DNA of 64,000 bases from Eledone cirrhosa (Eukaryota), in NCBI GenBank assembly GCA_964016885.1, contig OZ024740.1, positions 341,434,001 through 341,498,000 of the forward strand, read 5' to 3'. The notes beneath the pieces are model-generated. The model was not told the DNA's origin, did not search any database, and worked only from the letters and a program-made list of their open reading frames with translations. Positions 38,901 to 51,700 of this stretch are shown here, piece after piece. The position numbers and the translations under genes were made by a program. How positions within the stretch are numbered: position 1 is the stretch's first letter; the number at the start of each line of letters is the position of its first letter.

Positions 38901-41900
38901 TGAATGTTTTCGACAATACTTTGAGTTGAAAATCAATAATGAACCTGTCATTAATTGGACTTGTCCTGTATGTGGCTTACCTGAACTTAATGAATCAGAC
39001 ACTGTTCGTAATTATTTCAACATCTTGGGCCTCCAGGTAAATCTCTTACTGAACATTTAGTGGTGAGACAACCTGTCTAGCATTAGTGGCATGATGGCAC
39101 AGACTCTGTGGTGATGAACAAACTAAGTCATGGAGTGCAGAGGACCTCTTTGTCCTGTTAATGATTTGAAAAGCCCTCTAGTGTTGGTGTCATGATAGAA
39201 TCCACCCAGTACACTCTGTAAAGTGGTTGTGAAGGTGGCATGACAAAAAGCACCCAGCCCACACTGTAAAGTGATCGTGAAGGTGTCACGACAAAAAGCA
39301 CCCAGTCCATACTGTAAAGTGGTTGTGTAGGTGTCATGACAAAAAGCACCCAGCCCACACTGTAAAGTGGTCGTGTAGCCATCACGACGAAAAGCACCCA
39401 GTACTCACTGTAAATGAGGTTGGTGTTAGGAAGTTCATCCCGCTATAGAAACCAAGCCAAAATCAACACATGGTTACCTGACCTAGCATTGCCCACAACA
39501 GGACAACTCATCTAACCCATGGTAGCATGAAAAATTGGATCTAAAATGGTGATGATGATGATGATGAAAGTCAACATGCATGATCTTACCCTGTGATATT
39601 ATGTCCATTTTACATGCTGACATCAATTAAACAGGTTGTTACAGACCAAGTCAGTTCATATTCGAAGTTTCTGCCCTCCTGACAAGGTCATTTGACCAGA
39701 TGTCACTTGTATGTTCCATTTTTAGAATAGTTTCTATGGCTTGATGCCACTTTACAGGCCTTATCACTCCAAGAACTGACTTAAACTGTAACAACCTATC
39801 CAACCCATATAAGCATGGAAAAGTGGATGTGAAATGAGGATTACTATCACACGCTTATGTTTGTGAAGTGTGTGCACATTTTCTTTCGAGAGAAATAGAC
39901 TGTACATTTGTTATATTTGATTTCTTGAAAAAAAAAAATTGATATGTATGTGTGTATCTCTGTGTGTGTGTTGAAACTCAGTCAGTTCCAATGATGAGTT
40001 TTCCAGTTTGATCAATGGAACAGCCTGTTTGTAAAATCAATGTACAAGTGACTGGGCATTCTATAGACACATGTGTAACAAGGCTGGTCTTTTGAATTAC
40101 TGGTACTACTAAGTTTTTCCAGCTGCATGAACTAGAACAAGCAAACTGTGTCATGGTACTTTGTTAGTTGCAAAAGTAAGTCAAATCTAATAAGTTTTTA
40201 CAAATATTTTTCTGTGAGGTCTATTTGAGATATAATAGTGTAGCTAGGGTGCAAGGAAGGTGTGGTGGGGCATCAAAATTTCCTGTGGGTAGCACAACTC
40301 CAAGTTGCTTGAGTGCTTGATATGATATTGTTTATTTATTAATTTCATCTATATAAAAAGTTTAGAAAGCATTTGGAGTAGATGATATGATGTATGGCTG
40401 TGAAACTTGGGTGGAATATTCAGATGTCCCAAAACAGGTACAATCCCTCAGATGTTTAATGCAAAGTTACAAGAAACATTAAAAGTAAATCAGTTATGAA
40501 TATATGTATCCGATTTAGAATAGGTACACCATGTTGGTCTGTAACAACCTGTGTTGTAAGAAGGAGCTAAAAGAGTTAGTGTCAGGAAGGGCTTTTGGCT
40601 GAAAAACGTTATCTCAACACGTCTCTTGACGTAAAAATGTTATTGTCATTTAAACCCAGCTCAACTCAGATTAAGAAGACACATAATCAAAGGTGTCCCA
40701 TGTGTAACCATTTTGTGTTTCAGGTCATCTAGGACTATATTACCAAATGTGTCATACTCCTTTTTAAGATAGCAAAGTGTGATTTGAAGAGGATTTTGTT
40801 TCAGTATTTAGCTAGTCAAATGATTGTGTGTATATTTTCTTGTAGACTATACTGGTGTAGAAGTTAATGTGATAAGCTGATATATGCCGGGCAATACTCC
40901 ATCTAAGGTGTGCAGGTGTATGGCTGTGCAGTTGCTGTATTAGTGCTCTGTATATCAAAATGTTGTTCAGTAGCTTTGAATTTAAAATATTTCTGCTTAA
41001 AGCACCAAATGTCCGACTTACTAGTAGGGAAAAATTAAAGGGAAAGTTGATGCTAGGTATAAATAATGTCAAAATACTATTGTTTCTCTTTCATTGTTGT
41101 TGCTTTTGTTGTTTACTAATGTTTTGAATATGATGCCATTTCAGATTAAACAAAATAATTTTAGTTTACAAACTAATACGCTATATGAGACTAAACTACG
41201 TGATTGGCACTTACACAGGGACCCTAACTTCCGCTGGTGTCAACAGGTAAGTACGCCTCATTGTGGCTGTTTGCTTAACCCTCCTGATACCAACTTATAC
41301 CAAATCACTTCTAATTCTATTAAACAAAACAAAGGGTTCTTGTTTAAATTAAAATCTTCCAACGTAATTTTATTAGAGAACCTTTTGTTAAATTGTGTTA
41401 CAGCTATCTTAATAGTGAAATAATCAACAATTTTAGTAAATCCCTCAAAATGTTTCATTAATTTGTTGGATTGGCAGTATTGGTAGAGGGTCGGACGCCA
41501 TGCTTTGACGTATAGAGTTACGGCCCTTGCCATTCTGAGTTCAAATCCCGCCGAGGTTAACTTTGCCTTTCATCGTTACGGGGTCGATAAAATAAAGTAC
41601 CAATAATGCACTGGGTAATTGCTGGCCTTGTGCCTAACGTAGAAGCAATTAATTTGTTGATATACAGTGTATTTCATTAAAAATATGGTCATAAAAGGGT
41701 TAAAGTGTAGATTTGGTGTGTTATACTACCATTATAACTTATATGAAAGGCAGCAAATTGATTAAGTCATTAAAGCTTTGCAAAGAATATTTTGTATATT
41801 TGTTTTTTGCATTGTGAATTCAAATCCCATTGAAGCCAGTTTTGCCTTTCATCCTTTCAGTGTTGATAAAATACCAGTCCAAAGGTAGTGGATTGGTGGA

Positions 41901-43071
41901 AGTGTTAATGTGCCAGGCAAAATACCTTGCGGAATCTGTTCTGAGTTCAAATCCTGTCTATCACTGAGGAAAAAACAATTGTGACACTTCTGCAAGGAGT
42001 TGCAGCTGATAGATAGTATCTGCAATAAAAACAAAATTAAAAAAACAAAACAATCGAAACAGTTTCCTTGATTTGATATGGAGGATCAGTGATCTTCTGA
42101 TTGATCATCCTCATTCATAACTTGTATAGATATGGAGGACTTAAACATATTTTTTGGCATAAGATTTGATTTGGGGATCAGACATGGTAAGAATACTGAA
42201 AAGAGGAGAGGTACATTTGGGTAAGCTTAGATTGTAAACAACTTGTCAATCTTGAGAACAGATACTATTTCTGAAGCTGTAGAAGTGACAGAAGTGGATT
42301 TATTGTGTTTCTTTGGTCTAATATGATGATTGGCACCTTTCTGCTTTTTTGTTTAAAATTCATTGTATTTGTTTTCCAGTGTGGCGGTGGTTTTCTGTTT
42401 GATGGGAAAGGACTAAAGATGAGTTGTCCATTTTGTCACAGTGCGATGTGTTTTAAGTGCGAGAAAGTGGTAAGTTCTTTGTTCTCTCTTTCACCACACA
42501 ACAAACTATATTCTAAAGATGGAATAAGTTTAGGACAAAAAAAAAAAAAATGTTTTTCTTCTAGTATACAATTTTGTTGGGATTTCTATTTTTTACAAAG
42601 TTTCTGATTTTAACCATACCATTCTGTTAGAGGTAGCCTGCCACACACACATGCACACACCATGTTTCTTCATGAATAAATATGACTTGAGTATATGACC
42701 CCTGTGTCAGAAGATAAAGAAACAGGAATAAATTACACCTTTATGTATAATATGACTCTGGAGTATAGCCAAGTCTATGTAATTTCTTTTGTAAACATGT
42801 ATTATATTATTCATTAAAATCTCAATCTCGCTCATATTTCACTACAATATTCTGTTTCTCAGGACATTAAAGAATGTAAAAAAAAACCCAGATATTAAGC
42901 ATTTTGTAAACAATTTTTATCAACTGGTATTTGCAATCTTGCCATTTGAAATTAGTATTTTCGAGCTCACTAAAAAATTCTGAAAACATGTACTCATGTA
43001 TGATATAATTCCCTTTTTTACCCTTAATTTTTAGTTCCAAATTTCTCATATTATACATGAAAACATATAGC

Positions 43072-43105
<34 letters not shown>

Positions 43106-45742
43106 ATCATTTAACATCTGTTTTCCCTGCTAATAAGAGTTGGATGGGTCATCACAAGTCATGTCTGTACTCATTTAAAACCACTTATCTTGCACTCTTC
43201 AGAGTGCACCATGCATTTTATCATGGCACCAGCTAGTGAGAACATCATGTCTTTGGCACAACTGAAGTATCCTTTCTACTCTTTGTTTGGTACGTTTTCT
43301 ACAAGAATCTTGTTTGATGACCCTGTGAATACACAGGCAAAACTCCAGGGTAACAAGACACTGAATCAGCTTTTAATCTCCACTATGGTATTGAATACTC
43401 TTTTCACTGCTGTCAGTACTAAGCTACTATGTATATATATATATATATATATATTTGCCAGGTACTGATTAAGTTAGACATGGCCTGGCCCAATACTAGC
43501 CAAAACCTATCAAAGTTATCTGTATGTATGTAAAAGGTAAACAGAAATAACAAAGCAAACAACGCAGTACATTGCAGAAAGATATTAGTTTAACACTTGA
43601 AATAGCAGGAAGAGAGTCTTAATGTTTCAGACACTAGTCCTTCATCAGAAGATAGTTAGAAATAGAAGATAAATAGAATAAGGTCAGAAAACAGCACAGC
43701 TCGCATGACTTTTGAAAACATTTTTTCATGCTCAGAGCTGCTGAAGCATGGAACAATCTACCTGCACCAGCTGTTAGCTGCCGGAATACTGCATCCTTTA
43801 AAACCTCCATGCTTCCTGAAATTTGCCAACACTACACCTGATATTCCCTCCTCCATACACAAGCACACATGTATATCATGACTTATATACTGTTCACTTT
43901 CCTGACATTTGTACATTATTCTATGTACTTTACATGCACTTTTGATGAGTTGTAGTGCGCCTGAACACTGTACACAATAATTTCATTATTATTTACAGCC
44001 CTTTATGGTCTGAGTTCAAATCCCGCCGAGGTTAACTTTGCCTTTCATTGTTATGGGTCAATAAAATAAAGTACCAGTAATACACTGGGATAATTGCTGG
44101 CCTAGTGCCAAAAGTAGAAACAATTATTATTATTATTATAATAAAAGAATGAGAAGATTGGAGAAAAAATGTGGAAAAAAGAGGAGAGCAAAAAACGTGA
44201 ATATTCATTCAGCCATTTGGAAGATAATATAGTCACTGAAGACATGAAAAAAAATGACATTATTGTTGATGATGATGATAAATTCATACTATACAATGTT
44301 GTCTTATGTTTCAGTGGGGAGATCAACATCAGAATTTGAGTTGTGAAAAATATAATGAATGGTTGATAAGTAACCATCCAGAAAATCAAGCACAGGGTCT
44401 TGAAATGGTACTCAAGAAAGAAGGAATTAGTATGTATCTAAATTTGCATCTTAAACTTTCCACCATTCTTTGCCATAAAGAATAATCCCCAAGGGATTTT
44501 TTCTTTCTATCTATTTAAGGTGTGGGGCATAGTAGTCAGGGTGTTGGTCTCATGATCGTATGGTTGTGGGTTTGATCTCTGGATTGAGTGGTGCATTGTG
44601 TCCTTGATCAAGGCACTTCATTTTGTGTCAATCAAGTGCACTCAGTTGAAAGTAAGTACCAGAAACAGCTGGGGTTTAACCTTGTGATGGATTGGCGTTC
44701 TGTAATCTCAGTTGCCTAACACCACATGAAACCAGGGTAAGGTCTAATTAGATGAGCCACCAGACTCAAAATGGAGTAACTTTTTTAAAATCATCTATCA
44801 CTAATCATTATGTCATCACTAATACTAGTTATACCATGTGCTTAGCATATGGAATGTTACAAGTTCGTAAACTCACTGGAACCTCAATTTGTACATTTTT
44901 ACGAGAGGATTGGAGCCCCTATTAAAATAACCAAGAAATCTCTTATGAGATACAATCTCATAGAAGGCTGGCTAAATCTACACAGGTGTTAGCCCAATCA
45001 ATAACATTTATCAAAACATTAACAATACAGAATTCATTTCACAGTATCTATTAGATAAATAATTTTCAGGTATTACTAATTTGAATTATTCTGTATGCTT
45101 ATACTATCTTTCACAACATTCATATTGCTTACAGTTGAAGTACAAATATAGTTATGATGGACATTTCTTTTATCTTTCTTTTAATGGTTTGTTCTAGAGG
45201 AAGGAGGTATATTTATGGTTTTCACAGGCTCTCCATGACCAATGAGATTGATGTAGTTGATGTTCCTCATAAACAGATGTGAGTTGATGGGTGTAGGGGA
45301 AAACATTGGCAGGGATGACTTCCAGCGAGAAGACATTCTGCAGAGGAATCTGTATGCATAGTGGTTAGTACAGAGCCTGAGTATGTATGTAGGTGTAGAT
45401 GGACTCAAAATGAGAGATAAGTAAATGAAGTTTACCTGAGTGAAGATGGCATGGGGTCAACTAATTTCAGGGAATAGAGTAACTGTAGAAAAGGCAGAAT
45501 ACAAAGACAGCACATCTGTGGATCAAGAGTTGAAGTACATTGGTGAACGACTTTCTGTCAATTAGTTCAGTGGATTTTTGTGGGTCAGCAGATTGAAGTA
45601 TGTTATCATCCCACCAAACTTTCCATTAAAACAAAATAATAGTGAGGTACAGTGTAAAAAAATTTCCATATTTAACGCTTCTAATATATATATATATAAA
45701 TAATAATTATGAAGACTAAAATCTGAAGAGGGTTCGATAAGG

Positions 45743-45775
<33 letters not shown>

Positions 45776-48700
45776 CTCATGCTAGCGTGGAAGATGGATG
45801 TTAAACGAAGATGATCATGATGATATATATATATTAGTAATAATAATTATGAAGACTAAAATATGAAGAGGGCTCGATAAGGATTATATATATTAATATA
45901 TATATATAGTAGAATAATCGAGTATCGAAAAATCGGCGCACGAGTTCACGATAAACAAAATTCGACATGAGTGGCAGAGGGCTCAATAATTCAGATAAAT
46001 CAGAGCTATAACTATCGTTAAAATACCAACACACATAGATTATGTCTAAAATCAACCATACGACCGAAAAATTACGATCAGGAAGATTCGGGTCACTCAG
46101 ATAAAATATCAATAAATCATGATATAAAAGTGTATGCAAACCTGTAGAGAAAATATTTATTACTACAGATTAAAGTTTAAGCAAAGAATTTCTGCTCTCA
46201 TCCTATTACAGGATCTTCTTATATAGTTTGTTTATGTGCAAGAACGTTTTTATTACCTCTAACCCCCCCCCCCCCCCCCCCAAAAAAAAAAAAAAACAGC
46301 TCTGCAGTCACTGATACCACATACTATCTCTCTACATGTACCACTATCTGTACCATGCCACACACATAATTGTACATACCTCTTCTATTTCAGCTTGTCC
46401 CCAGTGTAAATATGTCTACGTCTTAAGTAAAGGTGGCTGCATTCATTTTACCTGCAAAGAATGTAAATTCCAGTTTTGTTCTGGCTGCCAAGGAAAATTT
46501 TATTCGAAAGATGTAAGTTCTTTTTTTTTTTTTGCATTTATGGTTTTACATCCATTTTTCCTAGTCCCAGTTAGATGGCCATTTTGGTGCCACAGTAAAA
46601 AGCACCCAGTACACACTAACATGGTTGGCATTAGGAAAGGCATCCAGCTGTAGAACCCAAACAAAAATACAGATCTGTATGACCTAGCTTGTTACATAAC
46701 GTGACAACCTGTCTAACCCATGTGGTGGGAAGCAAATGAACCTACCTTGCATCTCTACTGGAATCAAAACTGAATGTCCCTGCTCCAATGTCCACGTAAC
46801 CTTCGTCCGGCCGAGAAATACAGAGCCTCTCTTGCACACAATCATAACACGTTCACACCAGACCACGATCTGATGAAAAAGAGGAAGTGACAGGCACGTG
46901 AACCCTGATTTGACATCACTGGTCCCTCGCTTCCAGCAAGACCTCCCCCACACTTCCGGTATTCCCTTTTCGGTAGCCCTACAATCCATACAAGCATGGA
47001 AAATAGACATGAAATAGTAATAATGATGATTTTCTGTGCTAGCATGGATCACATGGGACTTTATGAGGCAGTGTTTTACTGCTGAATGCCCTTCCTGATG
47101 CCAACTCTTTTATTTGCTTCTTAGAACATGCAGGAAAGCAGTGAATCTATTCTAAAAACTGGGATACATACACATACAAAAAACTTGCTGTCACATATAA
47201 ATTAGTGTGGCACCCACTGCAGCAATAGCAGTAGGCATTCCTTGGCAAGAAGTGTTTGTAATACAGTTTTTATTCCTTATTGGAATTATTTTCAACTGAC
47301 AAACATCACTAATGTTTTTCTGAAAGACGAGTATGTTGCTATAACTTCTCATTGTTAAACTGGATTTAGAACATAACAAAGTTTCTAACATAAAATTACG
47401 ATGGAAAGTTTTTAGATAAATATCAATTCTTTGAAACAATATTTCGTATGATAGAACCTAAGCCAGTTTCAGGTAGTTTGGTATCAAAAGGGTTAAAACA
47501 ATGGAATGTGTAATTTAAAGAATATTTGTCTGCTATTTTTAACAGATCAAACAATCATGTTGATGGTGTTTCATTGGTTAAATCTCATTTAAATTGTTTT
47601 TTTTTTACTCTTATGAAAAATACATTTTGAAATTTCTATTCTATCATTTTACTAGGAATGTAAAAAATACAAAAGTTGTAGCACAAAGGGTATCCATGCA
47701 CATCATCCCAGGAATTGTTTATACTACCTACGAGATAATACTGTTGAAGACCTGCAACTACTACTTAAGGCAAGTTTAAAACAACATATTATATCTAAAT
47801 TTATTGTTATTCTTAACCCTTTAGTTTTTACATTACTTTATATATACTATTTTATTTTCACGGTAAAAGCTTTACCTCACATAATATCTCACATAACATC
47901 GAATCTATGAGATTTTGATAGTATTCATTTTGAGAACAATACCTTCACATAAGAATGAGTGGTTAGTTATGGTTGGTTTCAACAGAAAGAGGTGAGAGAA
48001 TTCTGATCAGATATGGCTGGTTTAAATGCTAAAGGGTTAAGGCAATGAATTGGCAAAGGTGTTAGGGCATTGAATTAAAAATGCTTTAGTATTTGTTCCA
48101 GCTCACTGTGTTCAAATCCTGCCATGGTCAACTTTACCTTTAATCCCTTTTGTGGTCAATAAAATAAAGTACCACCAGTCCTGTACTGCAGTTAATTCTT
48201 CATATCTCTCTCTTTCTCTTGTGAGGATGGTACCCCTATAACTCCAGCAAGAGTTAACGGTCCTTTATGTATTGTTATTCTAGCATAATCATCATTTTCA
48301 CAGTCAGCATACTGGCATTAGTTGAAAGAGACCCATCGAGGCAGTAATGGAGCTGGATGTTCTTCCTGATACCAATATGTACTCTTTATTTTAAGTATGG
48401 TGCTTGTTCCACTGAACTTCAATTGTCAAACAGCTGAGCTATGAGACATAAATATGTGTCTCTGGCTGCCCAGTCAGTGTCAATGGGAAGACATAGAAAG
48501 ATAGAAACACACAGACAGATATCATCATGTCTGTTCTCCGTGCTGGCATGGGTTGAGAGGGTTGTCACAGGCCGAGACAAGACAAGATATAAGCATCACA
48601 CCCAATATACCCCTGTTAACTCTACATTTTTACTGCATTCTTTGCTACCCTTTTTACACTTTTACCCTCTTCCCATGTCCTTTGAGCTGAAACTATGTAG

Positions 48701-51700
48701 TGGAATGTGTCCTTTTAACAATCTTTATTCATCTATCTCATCATCACTTTCCCATACATTACTCTCCCTTTTCTTTCACATCACATTGTTTCACCCAACC
48801 ACTTTCATCCCTAAACTATTTTAACCATCCACTTCCTATTTTCACTCTCCAACATGTTTATATTGGAATGTGTTAACCTCCTTAGTGTTGGTGCCACTGT
48901 AAAGTGTACTTGGTACACTCCATGAACTGGTTGTCATTCAACTTGTAACAACATAGAGTAGGGAGGACCCTTCAATCAAATCAATGACCTGACTACCTCT
49001 CTTGTGCTGATGCTACGATATAATGCACCCAGTATACTCTGTAAAGTGGTTTGTTTTATAAAAGTCAACCAGATGTAGAAACCATGCTGAACAAAGAGTT
49101 GAGAGGACTTTTCATGTGTGAAGGACATGACAACCTATATAGTGCTGGTCCCACGATAAAATGTACAGTGTATTCTGTAAAGTGGTTGGCATTTGGAAGG
49201 GCATGCAGCTGTAGAAACCATACCAAAGCAGGAAACATGTAAGTAGATGTGGCCCCACCGAATGGTCTCTGATTAAGTACTGACTTGGTTTGTAACAACC
49301 TATCCAACCTATGGTAGCATAAGGGAGAAAAAAAGACATAAAATGATTATGAATTGAAATTTGAAAATACATGAAATATGTTTTGTTTCTAAATATTTTT
49401 ACTAATTGCTGCCTGTGTTTTGTTTAGAAATTTATATCTCCTTCATATAGAACAGCAACTGCAATGTAAATGTATGGTATATTGCTATTTCTTTATTATT
49501 TTATAGAAGTGCCATGTAGATTTTGACATAGTACCTAAAGAAGCTGTTAATTCCTGTCCCGTGGTCGAACAGAAAGAAATTTCACCTGAATCTTTTTATG
49601 ATGCTATATGTGGAAAAGATGTTTTGGAGAACCATGCCGGTTTCTGCTTGTAAGTTTGAAGAATTTTATCAATTTCTTTAAGACAGGATATTTAGACAAG
49701 CTTGCCAGCAATTAGACCTCAAGCTAGGCTAGGTACAATTTCAGATATGTCTCTATATGTTGACCTATTCAACATAGATTTGTTTTCCTTGTTTTGTGCA
49801 GTGACTGTATCTGCATACTGTTGAATATATGGACACAGCATGGCCAAATGATCGAAGAGTTTGCTTTGCAATCCTTAAGTCCTGAGTTTGGTCCCTCTGT
49901 GTGGGATAGTGTCATTTACCATAGCCTCAAATCAAGCCATGCTTTGTGAATAGAACATGTTGTTTGTGGATGGTTTTAGGAAGAGTGAAGATTTATATCA
50001 TTTGCATAGGAGTGTCAGAGAGAGAGAAAGAAAGCTCGGTGAAGATAGGGATCACTGTTTGAGGAAAATTGGAGTATTGTCAAAGCCAGTGGCCTCATTG
50101 GTTTAAAAAGATACTTCATGCAAATAAGGTACCAAAAAATAACTAGTTTTGTGATGTAATTTTAAGCTGTTAAATGCTGAAAGATGGCAGGAGGACCCCT
50201 TATATCAATCAACAAGTCAAAGATGCCATCCAAGAAAAGAAGCAGGCCTACAAAGCTTGGAAATAAGTTCTTGCATATGCAGTACAAGCAGGCACGATGA
50301 AGCACAGTAGAGATAGTTAAGGCATGGGAAGACTTTGGGGTTAAGCTGTAATCCTTCAGATCAGCAAATAAGTGTTTTGGCAGACTATTCGCTGACTCAC
50401 ACCTGCTCTCAGGAACACTTCAGGGGTTCTCCTCTCTTCAGTAGACTGGGCGCTTTTTGTTGTCTCACCAGCACGACTACTATTACATCATTGACTGGGT
50501 GTTTTTTTTTGTGTGTCAGAATTTTTGTGTGCTATAAATTCTATTTCATGTTCATCATTTCATTTTACGTCCGCTTTTCCCTGCTTGCAAGGGTGGGACG
50601 GGAACTAATTCTGGCTTGATTTCTACAGCTGGATGCCCTTCCTAAAACCAACCTCATTTACAGTGAGTGCTGGGTACTTTTTTTGATGTGGCACCTCCAT
50701 GACCACTTTGCAGTGGAATGATATGGACCATCATCTCACTTCTACAGCTGAGTAAACTGGAGCAATGTGAAATAAAGTGTCTTGTTCAAGGAAACGACAC
50801 ATCACCCGGTCTGAGAATTGAACTCACAACTTTTCGATTGCAAGGCCAATGCTCTAACCACTAAGCCATGTGCCTCCATGTTATGTATATATTATCTTTT
50901 ATATGTATTGTGTCAACTAACTTTTAAACCTGCTGGCATTTTATGTGTTGTAGGGTTCATTACAAAGAATACTTAATAACTTTGATCAATCACAACAAAC
51001 TCGACCCTATTGAGATATTCAAAAAAGAGAAACTTATACAAGTTCTATCTCGCTATGACAAAACCTTACCAACTCAGGGCAATCAGTCAGAAACTGACTA
51101 TGTCAACCATCTAAAGAAGGTAACAAATATTTTTCTCTTTAAACTCCTTCACTAATTTTCACTTTTACTTATAAATATTTCATTATGCTGTCTAAAGAAC
51201 ATGCAAACGGAAAGTTTAACCCTTTTGATACCAACCCAGCCCAAACTGGCTTTGGTTCTATAAACCAAACCATTTTAAAGGATTCCTGTTTAAATTAAAA
51301 TCTTCCAACATAATTTGGTATAAGAACCACATGTTAAGTTGCTATCTTAGTAATGAAATAATAATTGTAATTAAATCTCATTAAAATTCTTCATTAATTA
51401 ATTGAAACAGAATATATTTAATTAAAAATTTGGTCAAAAAAGGGTTAAATACAGTAAGCCTTCAGTTTAACAGCCCTTGAATTAATGGATTATGGATTTA
51501 ATGGGCCATTGTCATTATCATCATTTTACATCCCTTTTCCATCCTGCATGAATTAAATGGGTTGTTACAGTCTGAGACCAGATGGGTTAGCGCAAGTAAT
51601 CTTGCTCATGACGTTCCATATTTTGCATGGTTTCTGTGGTTGGATGCTCTTGCTAACAGCAACCACCTTATGGGGTGTGTTGGGTACATTTTTTTAATAC

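Noticed and set aside
39203-39430. 48-bp periodic array as a CRISPR
   Set aside because: Whole units are similar with no unique spacers; it is part of a retroelement 3'UTR.
44825-44852. Helitron-like 3' end on the minus strand (hairpin + CTAG)
   Set aside because: Short and degenerate, with no identifiable 5' end or second copy.
46869-46885. CTGATGA hammerhead box (also CTGAAGAG near 45723)
   Set aside because: No stem II followed by GAAA and no closing stems.
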